Shown here: in pieces, positions 1-12,800 of the stretch
Layout of the letters: each line of letters begins with the position of its first letter
Position numbering within the stretch: the stretch's first letter is position 1
Source of the DNA: Phoronis australis
Lineage: Eukaryota > Animalia > Phoronida
DNA length: 64,000 bases
Direction: 5' to 3'
Assembly (NCBI GenBank): GCA_002633005.1
Contig: NMRA01000226.1
Coordinates: forward strand, 127,728 to 191,727
Position numbers and translations under genes: made by a program
The notes under the pieces: model-generated
What the model was told of the DNA's origin: nothing
Databases searched by the model: none
Seen by the model: only the letters and a program-made list of their open reading frames with translations

Positions 1-180
1 TACTTCGTGACTGTGAAGGAAAAGTTCCAAGTAGAAATTTGTTTCTGGCATTCTAATGCTGTGCTAATCTCGTATGTTGGTAAATTTGTTTTTATTCTAT
101 GTTTCTGTGGTGCTTTAAGCAACTGGTGTATAGGATGTGCTTGTATTATGAAGATTACTCACATTTTGCCCCTAGCCTAT

Positions 181-321
181 TGAGGAGACAATGACCATGC
201 CTTTCCATTTTGCAAAGTATGCCCTCTACTGGCCACTTTATGGTACCAATAAACAACCCTAGAAGGATACCGTATGCGGTGCAATTGTGGGCGCATTTCA
301 ACGCTCCGCGTTGCTCTTGTT
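181..321 (+). mobile_element. 3' end of a Helentron-associated non-autonomous element (HINE/DINE-1-like)
   Basis: TGGGCGCAT subTIR, CAACGC-tcc-GCGTTG hairpin and CTCTTGTT end, as at 11116-11149; the paralog has a plain T-run at ~61790. Confidence 0.7.
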
Positions 322-630
322 TGATTTGTTTACTACCTAGAGGTCATTTTTCATGCCTGATCATCATCCGATTTTTCTTGCAACTTTTTTGTTATAACTC
401 GAGGTTTTCCAGATTTTCAGTAGATTGATTGTCAGCCTTCACTTTCTTATCAATTTGCCCTCGGTTTACGGACATTTGTTTCTTTAGTCGCTAAGATTAT
501 TAATCTTGTCATCAATGTTAAAGATCTTGATTAGTAACTTAATAACAGGCTAACATCTAATACAACAAGTTTATTTGTCTCTTACATTCTACTGAAAACC
601 CAGCAATCAGCACAGTCACCTTTGTTTTAG

Positions 631-818
631 GTCCACATACGATCCATGCCCAAGGTTTAACAAGAAGACTCTTACTTGCTACTGGTACTCTAACTCGTTG
701 GCACCATGTCCAACCGATGAGGCTGTGTTGGTCGAGCAAACATACAATATAAGGGTGAACGCGACCAACGTTTTTGGTACAACAACAAGCGTGTCACGTC
801 TTTACCCAAGGAATTTTG
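631..818 (+). CDS. Gene 1 exon: second half of cytokine-binding domain D2
   Basis: ttttag|G...TTTG|gtgag; STYDPCPRFNKKTLTCYWYSNSLAPCPTDEAVLVEQTYNIRVNATNVFGTTTSVSRLYPRNF; paralogous exon at 62098-62285. Confidence 0.9.
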
Positions 819-3800
819 GTGAGCCATTTTCTTTGTTTGCTCATTTGCAAAATTATTGTCCTCAAAATATCGGTTTAACAGATGAAACGTTAGTGTACCT
901 GAGCCAGAAGTTTAATCACTTGGCAGGTACTTGATTCAGCTCACATCACATCAGTTAGGCACGTTGCAAGACAACGTTCTGAAGACCCAATTTTTTGTGA
1001 GAGAAGAAGCATGATCTCTCAAGACGTTGCAAAATCAGGCGAGAGGCGAGTGTTTCGTAAGTGCTCGGGAGCAAAATGGTGGACACTGAAGTGACTGGCC
1101 GGTGAAGTTGGAGTGTTGCATTATGGGATAGAATTCACCATTCTTTCACCTCAATAGCCCAGATTTTGTCAATGTTATTGTTTCTAACCATGTGCTTTTG
1201 GACAGTGTGATGGAAGACTGAGATTTAATGGGTGCATATGTTTTAACCTAAGTTGTTATTTTTAGACCCATTTTTGATGCTTAAAAGGTTCATTGTAGAT
1301 GCAATAAAAGTGAATGTTTGAAAATTCTGTTTCAGGAAAAATCAAATTATGCTGAAGTTTCAGTACCCTTAATCGAGGTTGTTTATGGCATAAGCCAACC
1401 TAATCTTGCGGGAATTTCCATGCTTGGCCTGAAGTTGTCTTCACTTTCATATGACAGAAAGCTGGATACAGTTGAAATATGGAAACTGTGGTGGTCACTT
1501 GCAATTCGAGGAGCTTTTAAATTCATAACCTTTTGCCTGATCCGATGTATGAAGCCGGTTGTGCTTTTTACCACTCATGCAAAACATAGTGTAAGGTCAA
1601 AGCATTTCTGATAATTACTTTAATTTAAGCACCGTCATTGATTATTTTATCCACTACTGTCCGTTGCATCTTACAGTTAAGCCAAATCCTGTGACAAACC
1701 TGCAGATCGTCAACAAGGGTAGCAGAAATGTGACCTTGGCCTTTGACTTGGATTCCATTGTCTATACGAAACCCCATCGAGTGGATGCGCACTACACTTC
1801 CAAGTTTCACTCTGGAATTGTCACCAAGATGGTATGTGTACTAGATGGGAGATCCTTTTTTGTGGGGATTTGTATAGCATTTAGTGCCACACAGCACGAT
1901 CAAACTTAACTGAGCAGAGAACGCCTGACCGGAAACTACTCAACCCTTCTAGTCCCAGACAAGTGTGAAGCTCCAACCCTAGTTGATGATTACTTGAGGC
2001 ATGATATTCTCACCAGCTCCCAGTCGGTCAAGCGCTTGTTCCTGGTTGGAAAGAATTGTTCACCTTCTTTCAGTACAGTGGCACGTGTTTTTGAAAGTTG
2101 GGAAGCTTCAAGAGATCTGGACTTTCGGATGACGAACCATGTCATCTTGTTCACCCAAAACCTTAAGTTTGAAGTTCACAAAATGACCCAAACAGTTTCA
2201 GTGGCCAATGAAAAGTGTTTTGAAATAATTTTTTAGGAACTAAGTTGATTATGTAAGATAAATTAGGAAACCGTTTCAGGAGGGCATGTAATTCAGTCAA
2301 GCGGGACATTTACTAGTAATTAAGTTGACGACTACTGTATATTGAAAATTGACTGATGGTGGAATGAAAATCGTATTCTGGAAAACATGAAAAATGATGG
2401 CATGGCATTGCTGAAAGCCATGTCTTGGGGTTTAGCTATTGAATGTAGGGAGTCTGGATACAATTACAAGTGTTTTCACTGTCCTTTTCTGATTGAATTA
2501 TTTGTTAGCCTATAATCGATGGATCTTTGGCTTCTATCCGTAATTGGGTAAGTGTTGAAAGTCTAATATCAGTTTATAGGTTGATTGACTCTATAGTGTG
2601 TGGTGTATGTATAAGGCATCCTCATATTTATGTTTCAACACACACCAAATTTTCCTGTGTTTGTGATGTGTAGTGGTCTCTCTAGACCAGGGCTGGTTTT
2701 ATCAAAGCTAGTATGTTCAGTCTTAATTTCAAATTTAATTTGTACTACTTATCAGTAACATGGCTCTAATTGGCAGTTGTTAAATCTGGATTTTGAAAAA
2801 TTGTTGACTTTTCGCCTGTTACAGTGCTTTTTCTTTTCTCAAAAGATGCCGCAGCTTCATGTTTGCAATAAAGTGCCTGCTACCAACATAGCTATTGCCG
2901 GACTTACGACCTTGCATAAAACAAGCCCCCGGAACCTCGACCATCAAACTTAAGTCGCGACTCGTCTCTAATTAAAATTGACATTTTAAAGTTCAGCTGA
3001 AGCACGGCACTCGATCAGTCAATTTTTGAGTAGATTCTCGAATAGAGTTTGGTGGTCACAAGCGTCACTGTTCTAGCCCTCTATTTACTGTGTAAAGCCA
3101 AAGCATCCATTGAGGTTTGAACACCCGTATTGCATTATAGAGCTGACAAAATGTAAAGCATATCCTGTTTGCCTAAAATTGGCTGCAAATATGATTCTCA
3201 ACATGTAAGTGTTTGTTTATGTAATCTAAAACAAATAACCAAGTTATAAAATTGCCTCCCATTAGTTAGCTTCAATATAATGAGTCAGATATATGATGTG
3301 GTTTCGTATTCCTGCTGTCTCCAGACGGGTATCTGCCGTCCAAGGATCACAGTGAAATTTTGTCATCGGGTTTTTGTGTTAGCATAAGCGCTTTTGTTGT
3401 CACTTTTCTCACAAATATGCCCACTGCTGTGCTCCAGGTGGCAATTTTGCCTAACTCGAAATCTACCGAATTCCTTAATGGATCCTCATAAGTTAGTAGT
3501 ACAGATTTGTGCTGTTTAGGGCAGTGTGAAACTATAGCGGATGGTTTGCTATGGTATTTTCATGTGTTATTCATACTCAGCATTCCTTTGATGTTTTTCA
3601 GTTAACCATTGCAGTCAGACATCAGACCATCGATCTGTGTGACCTTCGACCCCATATGGCCTACACAGTGAGTGTGGTCTTGTGGCCATATAATTTGGAT
3701 CGTCAAAATGTGACGGGTTTCGCAAGCAACCCTGTCTCCGTGGAGGTTACCACGCTCACTGACGGTTAGTGGCTTGTTTCACTAGCAACACTTCACATTA

Positions 3801-6800
3801 TTCTTGTTTTCAGTTTGTTTCCTTGTTCTTGCGTCATGTTATTCTCGTTTTTAGCCAATCGGAAGCTTGGCAGCTAGAGTTGTCAAAACACTACAAAAGC
3901 GACACTGCCTGTTCTCATCCCCCCGTCAAAGTCACAGGGAACATGGTAACAGTGGGTGTTTTATGATTCTGTCTTTGTGGCCATGTGTCTGGTGTGTGAA
4001 GAATAATATCCTGTGCACTACTTCCATAATTCAAAGTGTTTTTCAACCAGACTTTTTAAAAAGTACACTTACTAAGTGCCATAGACCTAACTCACGTGGC
4101 AGACATTAAAATTCAAAGCGAGGATCACTGCGATAAACAAAGCGGAAGTTGACATTGCGTGAGTTAAATGGCCGGTCTTTCGAGTCCAACCTAGATATTA
4201 AATCTTAAAAATGTGTTGATAATTAACTACAGAGACGACGTCGTAGAAAAATACATTAGAGAACAAGTCAACGCACCAAAGAGTTGTCTGACGAAAAGGT
4301 ATATTTTTTTTCGGAAAACTAGGTTCGAATCATAAAAAGTAAATATGACCAAATTGCGGCGATCGTAGTGTTGCGGATTAGGTATTATGGTGAATGCAGG
4401 GTTACGTTTTTTCTCGTAAATTGTTGATAATGCTTTCTACACGAACCAGGTCATCTGCTCGTATTGTTGACGAGTTGAAGATATATGCGACAGTTGTGGC
4501 TCATCACATTTTGCAGTGATGTGCAATTAGTCACATCTGGTTTAATTTGTTGATCAAGCATAGCCTAGGTCCAGGTGACGTAGGGACTACTGGGACATCT
4601 GAAAGAATAATTGATGTTATTAAATATTTGAAATAAATAACCAGGCTGGTAATTGAAAATAAAAATTATTTGACCATCAATTCTGCTTTCTTGGTTTTGA
4701 TAATTCTTATGTCTATTTCATGTGTTAGGTTTCAAATATCAATCTAGACCAAGTTGAATTTTAAAGTTCAAACACCTAATCCCTTCGTCAAAAGCATAGT
4801 CTCGTTTTAGAGCTCAATTTCAGTTAACTGGACTGAGCAAGCATAGTTATTATGCATGTTGTTCAGCGAATCAATATCCTTATTAGTTTCACTGCAGATA
4901 ACACTAACTGAATTGGCTTGGTGATTGTAGCTAACACATTGCCTATATAATTATGTTGCTGTACTACAGGGGCCTCGTTATCAGAGAGGAAATGTGCCTA
5001 TGCCTTCGGAGAGGGGAGTTTTTTCGCTGAGTGAGGGGACCTCCCAATCACCATCAATAGCACCCCCACCCTGTTGCAAGTTCTCATAGCCTCTGTCTCG
5101 AGTAGCATTTTGTGCTCTTTCAAATTGTCACCTGTGTGGTTAGGTGATTTGAACTTCGAAGAGAAATTTTCAATCACTAGGGGAATTTTTAGGCCTCGTG
5201 GGGGGAATTTTGCTTGATTTTTGAATATTTTTGAGAGAGGAATATGGACGATATTCAGCCCCAAAATCGAGGGATTGAGGGCCCTGTCCTTTTTGGAAAG
5301 AAAAATGCATCATGTTTCAACTCGTAATCATGAAAACACAGCCTGACTGGCGGAAGATTCTCCAGTCGTTGCTATGATACTCGGCAGCCGAGATGCGACA
5401 TATTTTCCTTCGTTGCGACGTATGCCAATGACTCAACTCTTCCGAATCTGAACGTCATTAGGGATTGTTAAACAGAAGTTGAATGTCCATGTTCTAGCCG
5501 TTCGTGCAACGCGGAATACAACTATGCCGATAAGCCAACAGAACTATCGTAGCGACCCTCGTTTTACAACGCGCCTCCTGTCGGCGTGAATTAGGTCTAT
5601 AGCTTACATTGTCCAGATTTTGCAATTCAACCATTTTTTCATGAATTCTGGACCGTTTTTAATTTTCACACGTCTGGAAGTGCTCTTGCTTAATTGTGCG
5701 TAACTCCTGTTTCTCAGAGAATTCAACTAAAGTTTCAGAAAGGCATGCTTGCGAAACAGCGACAATATATTCATCATTCGGCTTAGTGGCTGAATTTTCC
5801 TGAATTTTGACGCATGCCTGGTTTTCACACAATGATGTTGCAAAATGCATTTCCTAGGAGATTTCGACCAAGCTTTTTGAAAACTGCATTAATAAGGGAC
5901 TGTAGTGCATGTCGCCAGCATTTTGTGATTTGAACACATTTTACTGAATTTTGGCTCATTCTTGATTTTCGCATAACTCTCGCAAAAAACTGCTCTGGGC
6001 TTCTTCCATAGTCTCTCGAGCGATTTTATTAGACAATCAAAATTATATAAAACCACATGCAGAAGACCTCTAGGACATCATCCATTTTGCTGGCATGCGT
6101 TGATCTCGCTGTTGTGCTGTTTATCATTGGTTTCAATTGTATGTTTGTTTATTGATCTTGATGCATTTATTTGTTCGTAATTATGATTTCCACACGCCTT
6201 GTGGGCTGCCCTTCACAGAATCTTTCCTAAACCACTTTGTATTATTTGTTATGCGTTTGTTTGTGTATTGTGGGCTGAAACAAGCTTGTGTAAGCTACAC
6301 ATAATGTTATACAGTCCTCAACTCCTTGCTCAGATTAGAAGTCATTTCCGGGCTTACAAAGAATTATCAAGTGTTCGGTTACATCGAGAGATTCTTGTTG
6401 CCAACTGCTTCACCCTGAGACCCATTCCAAGAGAACTGTAGTTAGTACGTTTGAGAAGTCAAGTGTCACAATTCTTTCCAAGAAAGTAATTTTAAGACCG
6501 CCTTAAAGTTATGTAGGGCCTTATCGACAACTCTGTGTTTTTAGCCAAATACAAACAAAGCTATAGAGTTTAATTCATTTAAAGTAGAATGTTTTCTAAA
6601 ACCAGAATGCAAGTAAAATTTTTATTTTTGCCTGGATCGTTGAAGCTGGAAAAATTCCCAAATCAATAAACCTCAAACTTGGTCCAATTTTTAAATAAAC
6701 ATCCAACTTAAGTAAACATTAACTTGTTTTACTTCTTGGCCAAATCTGACATTTGTGAAGGAAACAAGCTTTTAAATTAGATTAGAATTCAGGGTCAACA

Positions 6801-9800
6801 GTAGGTGGGTCTTGCAGATTTTTCACTTGCGCTGCTTTGAAAGGATTTTAACGGAGCTTTAGATTTAACGGTAATTAAAATGTTATATCTTGTTACTGAC
6901 ACCCAGGTATGAAAAGTCAAATGTTTTAAATAATGAAGTTATGATCGTACTTTTTCTGGGTAAGAAGCTAAATTTACCACTTTAATCACCGTTTCAATCA
7001 CTATTCGATGACTACTACACCATGCCAGACCACTCCCTCTGTTGCAGATAAATAAACAGTACACATGCGTCTCAGCAATGTCCTTGATTTCAATCTGCAT
7101 TTTTGCATTAAACTCCACTATTCTTAACGGCCAAAGAAATCACTTCCAGCATAGTTCTTCAAAAAACTGAGGATATTAAAACGATTTTAAAGATTTTTTA
7201 GCCACCATGAAGCATTTGTTTCGCTGTGTTTCCTTAAATAGGGGCCAAGTATTACCGGGCTCTTAAAGGTAATCCTTGAAGTAAACGCCAGTCAACTTGT
7301 CTGTGATGTCAGCGGATCGATTTACACACCTGCGAACAATTAAAAGACTGAAGTGGTCGCACGCACGAATCAAGATGCAAATAATGGCGATTCAAGATGG
7401 AATATTATGGACACGTTGAAATCATTGTTGAAATAGCAATCATTGATGACTTAAAAAACTTCACAAACGTTTCTTCAGGACAATCCTTCCTCATTGCTTG
7501 TAGGAGTATGCCTTGTATTTATCTCACCAACACATTTTGTTTGTTAATATGAGTCAGATTTAAGAAATTTTGATTTAAGAATTTGCCTCTGTTACACCAT
7601 GTTGATACCATTTTTGTTTCCCGCTTTATTCTGAAATTGGTATTATAGTAATTGTGATGTTCAGGTTCCTGTTGTTACAAATAAATTTCCACACGTTTGG
7701 CAACTAATCAGTTGTGTAATTGGAAAGTCCAGTATCAATTTCGGACAATATTGGTAATGTTCCAACGAAAATGGCTGGTCCCTGTGCAGCTCTTGACTGT
7801 TGGAACCTCGTTATTTCGCTCTTAAGTCCTATTGGACTCACAGTGGTTAATGGATATCATAAAATTTCACTAATTTATTAAAAACTAAACTTTAGTGTGA
7901 TTAAAATTTTGCTTAGTAATGTGTTACTGAACATGAGAAATGGAATTCACAGGCACTTTGTTCGATAGCTTCATGCAATAATTTTATTACTTAATTCGAC
8001 TGAGTACTTAGTACACATTTTGTATGTTCTTGTTAGCGTTTTTTTTTTGATTGTCATTTTGTTAATTAAGACTGTAATAGGGCCTAATATATGTTTATTT
8101 GAAGATCAACTTTTTATTATTGTTCCTGCTTTTTTGTCAATAGATTATGATTTGTAATTTAATATATTTCAAAGTAATAAAGTTTTTGAAGTGAAATTTC
8201 AGTATCTTTTCCTCTATGAAAACTAGTCCAATAATAAGGTGCCTAAGACTGTTTAATATGCACCCACATAATGCGGGTGTTTATGCGCCCACAAATACAT
8301 GATGTGGATGCATATTGCTGTCATCTCTGTCCGACGTCTTCTCCTGTTATTTCCAAATCGTCTTCACGAAATTTGTCTAGTAATGAAGCCAACAATGGAT
8401 GACTACTGCTTTGCCCCCTAGCGACAATTTCAATTTTTCATGTTTGCCTCTTTCTAGCAATAAATTACTTGAAGTATATATATTGTGCTGAAACCAGAAA
8501 ATTTCCATTCGATTTTGATTACTGCTGCTTTCCCTAGTGTCAGTTTTGGTGTCTGCATTTGGCTTTTCCAGCCATTTTTTTTCCAGATGATAACTAGAGA
8601 ACCAACTGACGGATTTCAATGAAACTTAACGGAAGGTTGTCTGACGGCATTACACCAGCACTAGTCAATTTTTTTTTTGTTTACTAGAGCATTTCATTAT
8701 GACAATTTTGTTCTGTTGTCCAGTTTGTCTGCTCGATATTACAATTCTCTTATCTGATCTTGATGAACAATTTTTTTTTTGTTGACTAGAGCATTTCATC
8801 ATGAGAATTTTGTTCTATTGTCCAGTTTGTCTGCTCGATATTACAATTCTCTTATCTGATCTTGATGAACAATTTTTTTTTTTGTTTACTAGAGCATTTC
8901 ATCCTGAGAATTTTGTTCTGTTGTCCAGTTTGTCTGCTCGATATTACAATTCTCTTGTCTGTTCTTGGTGAAATTTGGTACAAGGGTGTAAGGTGATGCA
9001 TGGCACTTTTCAGTCTGCTTGCCCAAGAATGGCAGATGTGTTCCCACTGGAAAGCACATTCAACTGATGTTGATTTTCAGATGGGTCTGAATTTACGCCA
9101 CATACTAACATTATTTCACCTTAGCGGCATTATCTCCTGAACCGAGGTTACAAGGCTGTATTAAAATTTGGCATGTGTGTTGGTATGAACTGGACAACAG
9201 ATGTTTCATGGACTCGGCATATGCAGCACTATCTAGTGGCCATTTTTATGATATGAACTAACACCCCTTGAAGCAAATTATTTGCGGTTCTGTTCCTTAG
9301 TGCTTTTAAATGCTTTGTGTTGCCTTGGTTATTATTTTCGAGACTGTTCACCCCTATATCTATCGGACTACTTTAAGGATGAAATTTGGAAGTTGTGCTC
9401 CAGGAGCGCATGCCTGATTGCCTAAATGTTCCTTCTAGCTGAACCTATCCATATCATTTGTGATGCTCATTGTAGATGGATTTCAACGCGGATTTAAAAA
9501 GTTGCAACGTCGTTTCTAAGTAAGGATCTATTGTATTTATCAAACATTTTTATGAGTGCGTATTTCCATCATCTCTGTCTGGACACCCAGCGTCCATGGC
9601 TGTATCTCCTAAACCTCTTCAAGGATCATAATGAGATTTGACTGATATATTCCTATGAAGCTGATGACTGACTACCATGAGTTTTTAGTCGATTTGAGTA
9701 TCGCTGTGCCCCCTAGTTTTATGTTTGCCTCTGTATCTCTGGAGTTCCTTTATGAATTTCCATGAAATTTCGCAAGGGTTTCTATTGAAGAGGTGATGAT

Positions 9801-12800
9801 GACCTCTTGTTTTCAGAGGGATTCAACGTATTTTGCGCCACTTGGTGGCAATTTTAAGAAACTTAAGCATGTTTTTGATGTCCGCCAGACTGCTGAAAGG
9901 ATCATTATGAAAATTAGCAGATGTGTTCGGATGAGAAGACCGGGGCGGCACTGACTTTTGGACAGGTTCAACTACTGTGGTGAACCCCAGTGTCAGTTTT
10001 TGTGGTTTTTTTGCATCCCCGGCTGTATCTCTTTAACTGTGCTGTGGCAATTATAGTTTTTATGCGACCACATTATTTATATGTGGACGCATTATGCTGT
10101 CATCTCCGTCCGTCCTTGTGGCGTCCGCTGCTCTGTGTCCAAAATGCCTTGACGTATGTTCATGAAATTTTGCACATGTGTTCCTTTCGTGGATGGGATG
10201 GCATGAGCGAGCTTTGAACGGTTCGACTACCGGTGTGCCCCCTAGTGGCAATTTTAGTTTTTTACGTCTACTTCTGTATCTTCAAAAATCCTGAACGGAT
10301 TTTCATAAAATTTGGTATATAGGCACCTATTAGTGAGATGACGCTGTCCTGCCGTTTTCGGATGGGTTCAACGTAGTTTGCGCCACCTAGTTGCCATTTT
10401 TACTGTTTGCGTCCACCCATCTATCAACCAAACCTCTTAAAAGAGTGATTGTGAAAATTGGCATGTATGTTCTTACTATGAAGTGGACGGCTGACGGTGA
10501 TTTTCCGAGGATTTGCACTACTTTGGCGCCTCCTAGTGGCAGTTTTGTTTTTTTGCGTTTATGACTGTATTTCCTAAACTGTTTGAGAGATCATTACTAA
10601 ATTTAGGAAGGGTATTTATACGACGTTGACAACAGATGACGACGACTTTCAGACGGATCCGACTACCGGTGTGCCCCCTAGTGGCAATTTTGTTTTTTTA
10701 AGCTTACCTTTGTATCTTCAAAAGTCCGGAACGGATTTTCACGAAATTTGGTATGTAGGCAGCTATTAGAGAGATGACGCTATCGTTCTGTTTTCGGATG
10801 GATTTGATGTAGTTTGCGCCACCTAGTGGCCATTTTTGCTGTTTTCGAGTCTGTTTATTTACGTCCACCCCTCTATCAACCAAACCGCTCGAAGAATGGT
10901 TATGAAAATTGGCATGTGTGTTCATACTGTGCCCCACTTAAGTGGCAATTTCATTTTATTCTGTTTTCCTTTGTTTTTCTGAAGTTTCTTGACACATTTT
11001 TATGAAATATTGTATGTTCCAGTTTTTGATGGATTATACGTTTTTGTGCCATCTAGTGGCCATTTTTATGATACAAATAAATAACCCTAAAAGTACATCA
11101 TTTGCGATGCATTCATGGGCGCATTTCAACGCTCTGCGTTGCTCTTGTTTACGTTGACATCAGTTTTGAATCTTCAATGTTCCTCGACGTATTTCCATAA
11201 AATTTAGCAAAAAGACATATATAAGTGAGATGATGCTATACTACTGTTTTCAGATGGATTAGACGTAGTTTGCACCACAGTGGCCATTTTTACTGTTTTT
11301 CGAGTCTGTTTTTTTGGTATCCACCCCGCTGTCTCTAAGGATGATAGTGAAAATTGGCATGTATGTTTTTATTAGGAAGAGGCTGGCTCATGATGATTTT
11401 CCGACTTTGACTTCTGTGGCGCCACCTGGTGGCAGTTTTGTTTTTTGCGCCCATGGCTGTATCTCCTAAACCCTTTGCAGGATCTTTACTAAATTGAGCA
11501 AGACTGTGTATTTATATGTTGTTGACAATGAACAATGACTACTTTTGGACGGATCTGACTACCGGTGTGCCCCCTAGTGGCAATGTTATTTTTTTACATT
11601 TACCTAGTCTGTATCTTCAAATGTCCTCCATGGATTTTCATAAAATGTAGAACATAGGCATCTATTGGTTAAGATGACGCTATCGCTCCCCGTTTTCGGA
11701 TAGAATCGAGGTATTTTGCACCAATTAGTTCTGTGAAATTAGCAAATGGGTTCGTATTAATGAGGTGATGTTGCCGTTCTGTTTTTGAACAGATTTGACA
11801 TGTTCTTTGGCAATTGAAAATTTTTTTGAGTACGTTTTTGACGTCCACTTTAATTTCTATTTGCTCAATGCCCAAGCATTCAAAGCATCATTCTAAAAAT
11901 TAGCAGATGCTTGATGAGAAGGCCGCAGCTAGCGCAGATTTTCGAATGGGTCCGACCTCTGTGATGACTCCTGGTGGTATGTGGTTGAATTCCTTGTAAA
12001 AAATCATTGAGAGACAATAGGAATATCGCATGCTGTAAAATCACAGTATCACATGGTGCAGCACAGCATAATGGCTGAAGTCCGAGAATGTTTAATGTTC
12101 GTTTTGTCGTCTTATTTGGCACACCTACCTTGTTTTGCACACCCTCAATTATTTAGAAAAATAATATTTTGTCTCTCACTTATTTCCTACGAGGCTACTG
12201 TGTGGGAATGTTTTCCTCGTCTAGTTTGCTCACAGTAAGTTTTTTGGAAAATATCATTGCAAGCCAAGCCATTAGTACTAGTAATACACATCTCTTTAAT
12301 TGTGTTAATAAGCTCTCAACATATAGCATCTCTTAAGTCATCCATTTGAATAGGGGATGTGCTGTTGTAAATATGATGTTAGAAGTGTCACCTGTGTTTT
12401 GTCATGTTATTGAAACGGGAAAAATAATTTGATCTGTTCATTTGCTAAATTCGCGCTCATGCTGTTGGCGATGCTTCCTTTCACACCTGTCACCTAGGTT
12501 GTTCAATTTATTTGGCACACCATGACTGTCACGAAAATATTTATAATTTATTTTGTGAGAAATAAATGGAGTATAACCATCATGTTTCGTGGCGAGATTG
12601 ATCCAAAAGTGCGTGGCACTGTGGTGGCCATTTTTCAAATTTCTGTTTAAAGGATTATCCTCAGATTTTGTTCTATGACTGGAGCCTGCTATCGGCTTCT
12701 GGCTACAACAATGACTGTTACAGTACGAAAATCCTTCGAAAGTTTCTTTAAAGTATAATAAAATCCTGGATGCATTATGTGTTCACGTGTCATGCTCATT

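Noticed and set aside
1318-1611. 97-98 aa ORFs conserved between 1318 and 62789 (and 1383/62854 on the minus strand)
   Set aside because: Conservation follows from the segmental duplication; intronic, no ATG start, no domain.
4967-5286. CAGGG...CCCTG hAT-like termini
   Set aside because: Short imperfect TIR and no 8-bp TSD.
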